Part shown: in pieces, positions 11,821 through 24,700 of the stretch
Numbering within the stretch: position 1 is the first letter of the stretch
How the letters are laid out: every line of letters starts with the position of its first letter
Source: Balanoglossus misakiensis
Lineage: Eukaryota > Animalia > Hemichordata
Reading direction: 5' to 3'
NCBI GenBank assembly: GCA_040954595.2
Contig: CM082591.2
Coordinates: forward strand, 11,983,309 to 12,047,308
Length of the DNA stretch: 64,000 nucleotides
Notes under the pieces: model-generated
What the model was told of the DNA's origin: nothing
The model's database searches: none
Seen by the model: only the letters and a program-made list of their open reading frames with translations
Position numbers and translations under genes: made by a program

Positions 11821-14796
11821 ACAGCCTAATTTCCAAATGTCTTCTACCATGGAGATGTATTGTTCCTCCCCTTTAGAAAGTCATTTTTAGTTACCATTTC
11901 AAAATGAGTGTGCATCAATTTCACATACCATGTCTATTAAATGCACATATATACATGCTATCACAATATACATATACCATTCAAAAATTAACTTCTTTGC
12001 ATAAATTATGGCTATTTTAATGAGCACCTTAAACAGCCTAATTTCCAAATCTTTTTGCCTATGAAATGTTTGTCTGCTGGCATTTCAAATTGAGTGTGCA
12101 TCCAACTCACATGCCAGGTTTGATACACACATATCCACTCCATAAGACTGTACAGGTCTCATCAAATAATTAACTTCTTTGCATAAATTATGCTCATTTT
12201 AATAATCACCTGCATAGCATAATATACCACTGTCTGCTGGTGCTTCTAGTTGAGTGTGCATCCAACTCACATACCAGCTTTGATACACACATATCCACTC
12301 TATAAGACTGTACAAGTCTCATCAAATAATTAACTTCTTTGCATAAATTATGCTCATTTTAATAATCACCTGCATAGACATATATAGCAGTTTACCACAT
12401 AATATACCACTGTCTGCTGGTGCTTCTAGTTGAGTGTGCATCCAACTCACATACCAGCTTTGATACACACATATCCACTCTATAAGACTGTACAAGTCTC
12501 ATCAAATAATTAACTTCTTTGCATAAATTATGCTCATTTTAATAATCACCTGCATAGACATATATAGCAGTTTAACACATAATATACCACTGTCTGCTGG
12601 TGCTTCTAGTTGAGTGTGCATCCAACTCACATTCCAGCTTTGATACACACATATCCACTCTATAAGACTGTACAAGTCTCATCAAATAAGTAACTTCTTT
12701 GCATAAATTATGCTCATTTTAATAATCACCTGCATAGACATATATAGCAGTTTAACACATAATATACCACTGTCTGCTGGTCCTTCTAGTTGAGTGTGCA
12801 TCCAACTCACATACCAGCTTTGATACACACATATCCACTCTATAAGACTGTACAAGTCTCATCAAATAATTAACTTCTTTGCATAAATTATGCTCATTTT
12901 AATAATCACCTGCATAGACATATATAGCAGTTTAACACATATTATATTATACCAGTATATTGATGGTGTAAATCACGCTATTTGATTGGTCGAGACACGA
13001 CACGTGACCGTCATATATTAGCCATATACCACAGTCATATATCATAGTCAAAGAAAATGCCTTTTTAAAATGTTTTATGCAAAGTTTCAATATACTGGCA
13101 TAATATAATAGCAATAAAACACCCCCAGCCATGGTATACCACGAGATTTTGACCAGTTCAACTCCATATACGCACTCGCTATCGCTCGTGCGTATATGTC
13201 GTGAACTGGTCAAAATCTCGTGGTATACCATGGCTGGGGGTGTTTTATTGCTTAAATATACCACTGTCTGCTGGTGCTTCTAGTTGAGTGTGCATCAATT
13301 TCACATACCATGTCTAATGTACATATATACATGCTATCACAATATACATATACCATTCAAAAATTAACTTCTTTGCATAAATTATGGCTATTTTAATGAG
13401 CACCTTAAACAGCCTAATTTCCAAACCTTTCTGCCTATGAAATGTTTGTCTGCTGCCATTTCAAATTGAGTGTGCATCCAACTCACATACCAGCTTTGAT
13501 ACACACATATCCACTCTATAAGACTGTACAGGTCTCATCAAATAATTAACTTCTTTGCATAAATTATGCTCATTTTAATAATCACCTGCATAGACATATG
13601 TAGCAGTTTACCACATAATATACCACTGTCTGCTGGTGCTTCTAGTTGAGTGTGCATCCAACTCACATACCAGCTTTGATACACACATATCCACTCTATA
13701 AGACTGTACAAGTCTCATCAAATAAGTAACTTCTTTGCATAAATTATGCTCATTTTAATAATCACCTGCATAGACATATATTGCAGTTTACCACATAATA
13801 TACCACTGTCTGCTGGTGCTTCTAGTTGAGTGTGCATCCAACTCACATGCCAGCTTTGATACACACATATCCACTCTATAAGACTGTACAAGTCTCATCA
13901 AATAATTAACTTCTTTGCATAAATTATGCTCATTTTAATAATCACCTGCATAGACATATATAGCAGTTTAACACATAATATACCACTGTCTGCTGGTGCT
14001 TCTAGTTGAGTGTGCATCCAACTCACATTCCAGCTTTGATACACACATATCCACTCTATAAGACTGTACAAGTCTCATCAAATAATTAACTTCTTTGCAT
14101 AAATTATGCTCATTTTAATAATCACCTGCATAGACATATATAGCAGTTTAACACATAATATACCACTGTCTGCTGGTGCTTCTAGTTGAGTGTGCATCAA
14201 TTTCACATACCATGTCTAATGCACATATATACATGCTATCACAATATACATATACCATTCAAAAATTAACTTCTTTGCATAAATTATGGCTATTTTAATG
14301 AGCACCTTAAACAGCCTAATTTCCAAACCTTTCTGCCTATGAAATGTTTGTCTGCTGCCATTTCAAATTGAGTGTGCATCCAGCTCACATACCAGGTTTG
14401 ATACACACATATCCACTCTATAAGACTGTACAGGTCTCATCAAATAATTAACTTCTTTGCATAAATTATGCTCATTTTAATAATCACCTGCATAGACATA
14501 TATAGCAGTTTACCACATAATATACCACTGTCTGCTGGTGCTTCTAGTTGAGTGTGCATCCAACTCACATACCAGCTTTGATACACACATATCCACTCTA
14601 TAAGACTGTACAAGTCTCATCAAATAATTAACTTCTTTGCATAAATTATGCTCATTTTAATAATCACCTGCATAGACATATATAGCAGTTTACCACATAA
14701 TATACCACTGTCTGCTGGTGCTTCTAGTTGAGTGTGCATCCAACTCACATACCAGCTTTGATACACACATATCCACTCTATAAGTCTGTACAAGTC
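11821..14796. repeat. Satellite of ~15 monomers: type A (180 bp) and type B (~182 bp)
   Basis: The TGAGTGTGCATC anchor recurs every 180-186 bp (one unit ~160 bp). B monomers start at ~11905, ~13285 and ~14187. Both types share AATTAACTTCTTTGCATAAATTATG. Confidence 0.97.
12942..13255 (-). mobile_element. 314-bp non-autonomous insertion, Crypton-like (tentative), with a long subterminal hairpin
   Basis: Interrupts the satellite monomer exactly (ACACATA|ATATACCACTG) with no clear TSD. Minus-strand ends are TTAAGCAATAA... and ...CTGGTATAATATAA, with an internal CCAATCA and a hairpin at 13110..13252. Confidence 0.65.
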
Positions 14797-14996
14797 ATAT
14801 CGATACATATCGATTATTGGTACTCCACTTATTAGACTTTCCACTGTTTGTCAACAGCACTGCCAAGGAACTCCTGCCAGCCATCATTGATTGTCTGGCT
14901 GGTAGTGCCCAGAGTGTCGTCAATGTAGCTTTACAACATCTACGCTAAACAAATCTCTTTTTTTTTGGCCTAACTTAATATATTTGTTTATTTCAG

Positions 14997-15126
14997 TGCT
15001 ATGAGCAATACTCCGTTGCGTTTACTGTCAGAGATGTATCTGCAACAACCCGATTTAATTCAGAGTGTCAGAAAAAGTGACTTGCTGGTCAAGAATGCAA
15101 ACAGTGTCAGTCAGAGTGTCTCACAG
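14997..15126 (+). pseudogene. INTS1: INTS1-like complete internal exon (130 nt), present in every macrosatellite unit (first copy given)
   Basis: TTTGTTTATTTCAG| acceptor and CAG|GTGAGA donor. The translation AMSNTPLRLLSEMYLQQPDLIQSV...SQSVSQ aligns in register with recalled human INTS1 VLGRRCRDLLLQLYLQRPELRVPV...SSSVCK. Confidence 0.7.
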
Positions 15127-15653
15127 GTGAGAGATTTTTTCTTTTTTTTTACACACGGGTTAGACGTGGGCATTGCAGAGAGGGCAGCACCAATTTCATA
15201 AATGTACGTAGCAGTAAATACAGACTGCCTTTGCTTCCTTCCATATTTCATGCACACCGTGTAAGTAGACTTTACCTAATTTTGTCCCTTCTTTTCACCT
15301 AATTTACTGTCTTTTCCTGATCTCCAACACAGACTATGGTTGCCACCATCTTGTCTGTTGTTAGGACAGCACACTGCCTTATTGTGTTGACTGTGTGTAG
15401 TTTTTGTAACCAGAGCCTCTAACCCTAACTATTATGCAGTTGTTACATATGATGCAAGTTGCCCATAAAATTACCTAACAATAAAATGTGGCTGTCGAAC
15501 ATTGGTCCCAACAATAACGACAAACACAATACGATAGAATTTTTACTCAATGACTTTCTGGCCTCATTTTCGCATCGTCTTGGAAGGGCAAATGAAAAAG
15601 GCATATCGATTATTGGTACTCCACTTATTAGACTTTCCACTGTTTGTCAACAG

Positions 15654-15739
15654 CACTGCCAAGGAACTCCTGCCAGCCATCATTGATTGTCTGGATAGTA
15701 GTGCCCAGAGTGTCGTCAATGTAGCTTTACAACATCTAC
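15654..15739 (+). pseudogene. INTS1: INTS1-like near-C-terminal exon, 3'-truncated, present in every unit (second copy given; the first is 14858..14943)
   Basis: CTTTCCACTGTTTGTCAACAG| acceptor. (S)TAKELLPAIIDCLDSSAQSVVNVALQHL aligns without gaps to recalled human INTS1 SIAAAFLPTFMYCLGSQDFEVVQTALRNL. It breaks off before PEYALLCQ and has no donor. Confidence 0.75.
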
Positions 15740-18700
15740 GCTAAAAAAATCTCTTTTTTTTTTGGCCTAACTTAATATATTTGTTTATTTCAGTGCTATG
15801 AGCAATACTCCGTTGCGTTTACTGTCAGAGATGTATCTGCAACAACCCGATTTAATTCAGAGTGTCAGAAAAAGTGACTTGCTGGTCAAGAATGCAAACA
15901 GTGTCAGTCAGAGTGTCTCACAGGTGAGAGATTTTTTCTTTCTTTTTTTACACACGGGTTAGACGTGGGCATTGCAGAGAGGGCAGCACCAATTTCATAA
16001 ATGTACGTAGCAGTAAATACAGACTGCCTTTGCTTCCTTCCATATTTCATGCACACCGTGTAAGTAGACTTTACCTAATTTTGTCCCTTCTTTTCACCCA
16101 ATTTACTGTCTTTTCCTGATCTCCAACACAGACTATGGTTGCCACCATCTTGTCTGTTGTTAGGACAGCACACTGCCTTATTGTGTTGACTGTGTGCAGT
16201 TTTCGTAACCAGAGCCTCTAACCCTAACCCTAACTATTATGCAGTTGTTACATATGATGCAAGTTGCCCATAAAATTACCTAACAATAAAATGTGGCTGT
16301 CGAACATTGGTCCCAACAATAACGACAAACACAATACGATAGAATTTTTACTCAATGACTTTCTGGCCTCATTTTCGCATCGTCTTGGAAGGGCAAATGA
16401 AAAAGGCATATCGATTATTGGTACTCCACTTATTAGACTTTCCACTGTTTGTCAACAGCACTGCCAAGGAACTCCTGCCAGCCATCATTGATTGTCTGGA
16501 TAGTAGTGCCCAGAGTGTCGTCAATGTAGCTTTACAACATCTACGCTAAACAAATCTCTTTATTTTTTGGCCTAACTTAATATATTTGTTTATTTCAGTG
16601 CTATGAGCAATACTCCGTTGCGTTTACTGTCAGAGATGTATCTGCAACAACCCGATTTAATTCAGAGTGTCAGAAAAAGTGACTTGCTGGTCAAGAATGC
16701 AAACAGTGTCAGTCAGAGTGTCTCACAGGTGAGAGATTTTTTCTTTTTTTTTACACACGGGTTAGACGTGGGCATTGCAGAGAGGGCAGCACCAATTTCA
16801 TAAATGTACGTAGCAGTAAATACAGACTGCCTTTGCTTCCTTCCATATTTCATGCACACCATGTAAGTAGACTTTACCTAATTTTGTCCCTTCTTTTCAC
16901 CCAATTTACTGTCTTTTCCTGATCTCCAACACAGACTATGGTTGCCACCATCTTGTCTGTTGTTAGGACAGCACACTGCCTTATTGTGTTGACTGTGTGC
17001 AGTTTTTGTAACCAGAGCCTCTAACCCTAACCCTAACTATTATGCAGTTGTTACATATGATGCAAGTTGCCCATAAAATTACCTAACAATAAAATGTGGC
17101 TGTCGAACATTGGTCCCAACAATAACGACAAACACAATACGATAGAATTTTTACTCAATGACTTTCTGGCCTCATTTTCGCATCGTCTTGGAAGGGCAAA
17201 TGAAAAAGGCATATCGATTATTGGTACTCCACTTATTAGACTTTCCACTGTTTGTCAACAGCACTGCCAAGGAACTCCTGCCAGCCATCATTGATTGTCT
17301 GGATAGTAGTGCCCAGAGTGTCGTCAATGTAGCTTTACAACATCTACGCTAAACAAATCTCTTTTTTTTTTGGCCTAACTTAATATATTTGTTTATTTCA
17401 GTGCTATGAGCAATACTCCGTTGTGTTTACTGTCAGAGATGTATCTGCAACAACCCGATTTAATTCAGAGTGTCAGAAAAAGTGACTTGCTGGTCAAGAA
17501 TGCAAACAGTGTCAGTCAGAGTGTCTCACAGGTGAGAGATTTTTTCTTTTTTTTTACACACGGGTTAGACGTGGGCATTGCAGAGAGGGCAGCACCAATT
17601 TCATAAATGTACGTAGCAGTAAATACAGACTGCCTTTGCTTCCTTCCATATTTCATGCACACCGTGTAAGTAGACTTTACCTAATTTTGTCCCTTCTTTT
17701 CACCCAATTTACTGTCTTTTCCTGATCTCCAACACAGACTATGGTTGCCACCATCTTTTCTGTTGTTAGGACAGCACACTGCCTTATTGTGTTGACTGTG
17801 TGCAGTTTTTGTAACCAGAGCCTCTAACCCTAACTATTATGCAGTTGTTACATATGATGCAAGTTGCCCATAAAATTACCTAACAATAAAATGTGGCTGT
17901 CGAACATTGGTCCCAACAATAACGACAAACACAATACGATAGAATTTTTACTCAATGACTTTCTGGCCTCATTTTCGCATCGTCTTGGAAGGGCAAATGA
18001 AAAAGGCATATCGATTATTGGTACCCCACTTATTAGACTTTCCACTGTTTGTCAACAGCACTGCCAAGGAACTCCTGCCAGCCATCATTGATTGTCTGGA
18101 TAGTAGTGCCCAGAGTGTCGTCAATGTAGCTTTACAACATCTACGCTAAACAAATCTCTTTTTTTTTTGGCCTAACTTAATATATTTGTTTATTTCAGTG
18201 CTATGAGCAATACTCCGTTGCGTTTACTGTCAGAGATGTATCTGCAACAACCCGATTTAATTCAGAGTGTCAGAAAAAGTGACTTGCTGGTCAAGAATGC
18301 AAACAGTGTCAGTCAGAGTGTCTCACAGGTGAGAGATTTTTTCTTTTTTTTTACTCACGGGTTAGACGTGGGCATTGCAGAGAGGGCAGCACCAATTTCA
18401 TAAATGTACGTAGCAGTAAATACAGACTGCCTTTGCTTCCTTCCATATTTCATGCACACCGTGTAAGTAGACTTTACCTAATTTTGTCCCTTCTTTTCAC
18501 CCAATTTACTATCTTATCCTGATCTCCAACACAGACTATGGTTGCCACCATCTTGTCTGTTGTTAGGACAGCACACTGCCTTATTGTGTTGACTGTGTGC
18601 AGTTTTTGTAACCAGAGCCTCTAACCCAAACTATTATGCAGTTGTTACATATGATGCAAGTTGCCCATAAAATTACCTAACAATAAAATGTGGCTGTCGA

Positions 18701-21700
18701 ACATTGGTCCCAACAATAACGACAAACACAATACGATAGAATTTTTACTCAATGACTTTCTGGCCTCATTTTCGCATCGTCTTGGAAGGGCAAATGAAAA
18801 AGGCATATCGATTATTGGTACTCCACTTATTAGACTTTCCACTGTTTGTCAACAGCACTGCCAAGGAACTCCTGCCAGCCATCATTGATTGTCTGGATAG
18901 TAGTGCCCAGAGTGTCGTCAATGTAGCTTTACAACATCTACGCTAAACAAATCTCTTTATTTTTTGGCCTAACTTAATATATTTGTTTATTTCAGTGCTA
19001 TGAGCAATACTCCGTTGCGTTTACTGTCAGAGATGTATCTGCAACAACCCGATTTAATTCAGAGTGTCAGAAAAAGTGACTTGCTGGTCAAGAATGCAAA
19101 CAGTGTCAGTCAGAGTGTCTCACAGGTGAGAGATTTTTTCTTTTTTTTTTACACACGGGTTAGACGTGGGCATTGCAGTGAGGGCAGCACCAATTTCATA
19201 AATGTACGTAGCAGTAAATACAGACTGCCTTTGCTTCCTTCCATATTTCATGCACACCGTGTAAGTAGACTTTACCTAATTTTGTCCCTTCTTTTCACCC
19301 AATTTACTGTCTTTTCCTGATCTCCAACACAGACTATGGTTGCCACCATCTTGTCTGTTGTTAGGACAGCACACTGCCTTATTGTGTTGACTGTGTGCAG
19401 TTTTTGTAACCAGAGCCTCTAACCCAAACTATTATGCAGTTGTTACATATGATGCAAGTTGCCCATAAAATTACCTAACAATAAAATGTGGCTGTCGAAC
19501 ATTGGTCCCAACAATAACGACAAACACAATACGATAGAATTTTTACTCAATGACTTTCTGGCCTCATTTTCGCATCGTCTTGGAAGGGCAAATGAAAAAG
19601 GCATATCGATTATTGGTACTCCACTTATTAGACTTTCCACTGTTTGTCAACAGCACTGCCAAGGAACTCCTGCCAGCCATCATTGATTGTCTGGATAGTA
19701 GTGCCCAGAGTGTCGTCAATGTAGTTTTACAACATCTACGCTAAACAAATCTCTTTTTTTTTTGGCCTAACTTAATATATTTGTTTATTTCAGTGCTATG
19801 AGCAATACTCCGTTGTGTTTACTGTCAGAGATGTATCTGCAACAACCCGATTTAATTCAGAGTGTCAGAAAAAGTGACTTGCTGGTCAAGAATGCAAACA
19901 GTGTCAGTCAGAGTGTCTCACAGGTGAGAGATTTTTTCTTTTTTTTTACACACGGGTTAGACGTGGGCATTGCAGAGAGGGCAGCACCAATTTCATAAAT
20001 GTACGTAGCAGTAAATACAGACTGCCTTTGCTTCCTTCCATATTTCATGCACACCGTGTAAGTAGACTTTACCTAATTTTGTCCCTTCTTTTCACCCAAT
20101 TTACTGTCTTTTCCTGATCTCCAACACAGACTATGGTTGCCACCATCTTGTCTGTTGTTAGGACAGCACACTGCCTTATTGTGTTGACTGTGTGCAGTTT
20201 TTGTAACCAGAGCCTCTAACCCTAACTATTATGCAGTTGTTACATATGATGCAAGTTGCCCATAAAATTACCTAACAATAAAATGTGGCTGTCGAACATT
20301 GGTCCCAACAATAACGACAAACACAATACGATAGAATTTTTACTCAATGACTTTCTGGCCTCATTTTCGCATCGTCTTGGAAGGGCAAATGAAAAAGGCA
20401 TATCGATTATTGGTACTCCACTTATTAGACTTTCCACTGTTTGTCAACAGCACTGCCAAGGAACTCCTGCCAGCCATCATTGATTGTCTGGATAGTAGTG
20501 CCCAGAGTGTCGTCAATGTAGCTTTACAACATCTACGCTAAACAAATCTCTTTTTTTTTTGGCCTAACTTAATATATTTGTTTATTTCAGTGCTATGAGC
20601 AATACTCCGTTGCGTTTACTGTCAGAGATGTATCTGCAACAACCCGATTTAATTCAGAGTGTCAGAAAAAGTGACTTGCTGGTCAAGAATGCAAACAGTG
20701 ACAGTCAGAGTGTCTCACAGGTGAGAGATTTTTTCTTTTTTTTTACACACGGGTTAGACGTGGGCATTGCAGAGAGGGCAGCACCAATTTCATAAATGTA
20801 CGTAGCAGTAAATACAGACTGCCTTTGCTTCCTTCCATATTTCATGCACACCGTGTAAGTAGACTTTACCTAATTTTGTCCCTTCTTTTCACCCAATTTA
20901 CTGTCTTTTCCTGATCTCCAACACAGACTATGGTTGCCACCATCTTGTCTGTTGTTAGGACAGCACACTGCCTTATTGTGTTGACTGTGTGCAGTTTTTG
21001 TATCCAGAGCCTCTAACCCTAACTATTATGCAGTTGTTACATATGATGCAAGTTGCCCATAAAATTACCTAACAATAAAATGTGGCTGTCGAACATTGGT
21101 CCCAACAATAACGACAAACACAATACGATAGAATTTTTACTCAATGACTTTCTGGCCTCATTTTCGCATCGTCTTGGAAGGGCAAATGAAAAAGGCATAT
21201 CGATTATTGGTACTCCACTTATTAGACTTTCCACTGTTTGTCAACAGCACTGCCAAGGAACTCCTGCCAGCCATCATTGATTGTCTGGATAGTAGTGCCC
21301 AGAGTGTCGTCAATGTAGCTTTACAACATCTACGCTAAACAAATCTCTTTTTTTTTGGCCTAACTTAATATATTTGTTTATTTCAGTGCTATGAGCAATA
21401 CTCCGTTGCGTTTACTGTCAGAGATGTATCTGCAACAACCCGATTTAATTCAGAGTGTCAGAAAAAGTGACTTGCTGGTCAAGAATGCAAACAGTGTCAG
21501 TCAGAGTGTCTCACAGGTGAGAGATTTTTTCTTTTTTTTTTACACACGGGTTAGACGTGGGCATTGCAGAGAGGGCAGCACCAATTTCATAAATGTACGT
21601 AGCAGTAAATACAGACTGCCTTTGCTTCCTTCCATATTTCATGCACACCGTGTAAGTAGACTTTACCTAATTTTGTCCCTTCTTTTCACCCAATTTACTG

Positions 21701-24700
21701 TCTTTTCCTGATCTCCAACACAGACTATGGTTGCCACCATCTTGTCTGTTGTTAGGACAGCACACTGCCTTATTGTGTTGACTGTGTGCAGTTTTTGTAA
21801 CCAGAGCCTCTAACCCAAACTATTATGCAGTTGTTACATATGATGCAAGTTGCCCATAAAATTACCTAACAATAAAATGTGGCTGTCGAACATTGGTCCC
21901 AACAATAACGACAAACACAATACGATAGAATTTTTACTCAATGACTTTCTGGCCTCATTTTCGCATCGTCTTGGAAGGGCAAATGAAAAAGGCATATCGA
22001 TTATTGGTACTCCACTTATTAGACTTTCCACTGTTTGTCAACAGCACTGCCAAGGAACTCCTGCCAGCCATCATTGATTGTCTGGATAGTAGTGCCCAGA
22101 GTGTCGTCAATGTAGCTTTACAACATCTACGCTAAACAAATCTCTTTATTTTTTGGCCTAACTTAATATATTTGTTTATTTCAGTGCTATGAGCAATACT
22201 CCGTTGCGTTTACTGTCAGAGATGTATCTGCAACAACCCGATTTAATTCAGAGTGTCAGAAAAAGTGACTTGCTGGTCAAGAATGCAAACAGTGTCAGTC
22301 AGAGTGTCTCACAGGTGAGAGATTTTTTCTTTTTTTTTTACACACGGGTTAGACGTGGGCATTGCAGAGAGGGCAGCACCAATTTCATAAATGAAAGTAG
22401 CAGTAAATACAGACTGCCTTTGCTTCCTTCCATATTTCATGCACACCGTGTAAGTAGACTTTACCTAATTTTGTCCCTTCTTTTCACCCAATTTACTGTC
22501 TTTTCCTGATCTCCAACACAGACTATGGTTGCCACCATCTTGTCTGTTGTTAGGACAGCACACTGCCTTATTGTGTTGACTGTGTGCAGTTTTTGTAACC
22601 AGAGCCTCTAACCCAAACTATTATGCAGTTGTTACATATGATGCAAGTTGCCCATAAAATTACCTAACAATAAAATGTGGCTGTCGAACATTGGTCCCAA
22701 CAATAACGACAAACACAATACGATAGAATTTTTACTCAATGACTTTCTGGCCTTATTTTCGCATCGTCTTGGAAGGGCAAATGAAAAAGGCATATCGATT
22801 ATTGGTACTCCACTTATTAGACTTTCCACTGTTTGTCAACAGCACTGCCAAGGAACTCCTGCCAGCCATCATTGATTGTCTGGATAGTAGTGCCCAGAGT
22901 GTCGTCAATGTAGCTTTACAACATCTACGCTAAACAAATCTCTTTTTTTTTGGCCTAACTTAATATATTTGTTTATTTCAGTGCTATGAGCAATACTCCG
23001 TTGCGTTTACTGTCAGAGATGTATCTGCAACAACCCGATTTAATTCAGAGTGTCAGAAAAAGTGACTTGCTGGTCAAGAATGCAAACAGTGTCAGTCAGA
23101 GTGTCTCACAGGTGAGAGATTTTTTCTTTTTTTTTACACACGGGTTAGACGTGGGCATTGCAGAGAGGGCAGCACCAATTTCATAAATGAAAGTAGCAGT
23201 AAATACAGACTGCCTTTGCTTCCTTCCATATTTCATGCACACCGTGTAAGTAGACTTTACCTAATTTTGTCCCTTCTTTTCACCCAATTTACTGTCTTTT
23301 CCTGATCTCCAACACAGACTATGGTTGCCACCATCTTGTCTGTTGTTAGGACAGCACACTGCCTTATTGTGTTGACTGTGTGCAGTTTTTGTAACCAGAG
23401 CCTCTAACCCAAACTATTATGCAGTTGTTACATATGATGCAAGTTGCCCATAAAATTACCTAACAATAAAATGTGGCTGTCGAACATTGGTCCCAACAAT
23501 AACGACAAACACAATACGATAGAATTTTTACTCAATGACTTTCTGGCCTCATTTTCGCATCGTCTTGGAAGGGCAAATGAAAAAGGCATATCGATTATTG
23601 GTACTCCACTTATTAGACTTTCCACTGTTTGTCAACAGCACTGCCAAGGAACTCCTGCCAGCCATCATTGATTGTCTGGATAGTAGTGCCCAGAGTGTCG
23701 TCAATGTAGCTTTACAACATCTACGCTAAACAAATCTCTTTATTTTTTGGCCTAACTTAATATATTTGTTTATTTCAGTGCTATGAGCAATACTCCGTTG
23801 CGTTTACTGTCAGAGATGTATCTGCAACAACCCGATTTAATTCAGAGTGTCAGAAAAAGTGACTTGCTGGTCAAGAATGCAAACAGTGTCAGTCAGAGTG
23901 TCTCACAGGTGAGAGATTTTTTCTTTTTTTTTACACACGGGTTAGACGTGGGCATTGCAGAGAGGGCAGCACCAATTTCATAAATGAAAGTAGCAGTAAA
24001 TACAGACTGCCTTTGCTTCCTTCCATATTTCATGCACACCGTGTAAGTAGACTTTACCTAATTTTGTCCCTTCTTTTCACCCAATTTACTGTCTTTTCCT
24101 GATCTCCAACACAGACTATGGTTGCCACCATCTTGTCTGTTGTTAGGACAGCACACTGCCTTATTGTGTTGACTGTGTGCAGTTTTTGTAACCAGAGCCT
24201 CTAACCCAAACTATTATGCAGTTGTTACATATGATGCAAGTTGCCCATAAAATTACCTAACAATAAAATGTGGCTGTCGAACATTGGTCCCAACAATAAC
24301 GACAAACACAATACGATAGAATTTTTACTCAATGACTTTCTGGCCTCATTTTCGCATCGTCTTGGAAGGGCAAATGAAAAAGGCATATCGATTATTGGTA
24401 CTCCACTTATTAGACTTTCCACTGTTTGTCAACAGCACTGCCAAGGAACTCCTGCCAGCCATCATTGATTGTCTGGATAGTAGTGCCCAGAGTGTCGTCA
24501 ATGTAGCTTTACAACATCTACGCTAAACAAATCTCTTTATTTTTTGGCCTAACTTAATATATTTGTTTATTTCAGTGCTATGAGCAATACTCCGTTGCGT
24601 TTACTGTCAGAGATGTATCTGCAACAACCCGATTTAATTCAGAGTGTCAGAAAAAGTGACTTGCTGGTCAAGAATGCAAACAGTGTCAGTCAGAGTGTCT

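Noticed and set aside
10898-11894. MITE with 47-bp TIRs
   Set aside because: No TSD (CCT vs CAT flanks), and the interval would straddle the ISL2EU terminus and a satellite monomer.
15222-15262. RLPLLPSIFHAH as a third INTS1 fragment (cf. recalled HLPMIAALLHGR)
   Set aside because: Too short and weak, with no polypyrimidine acceptor; chance similarity is likely.
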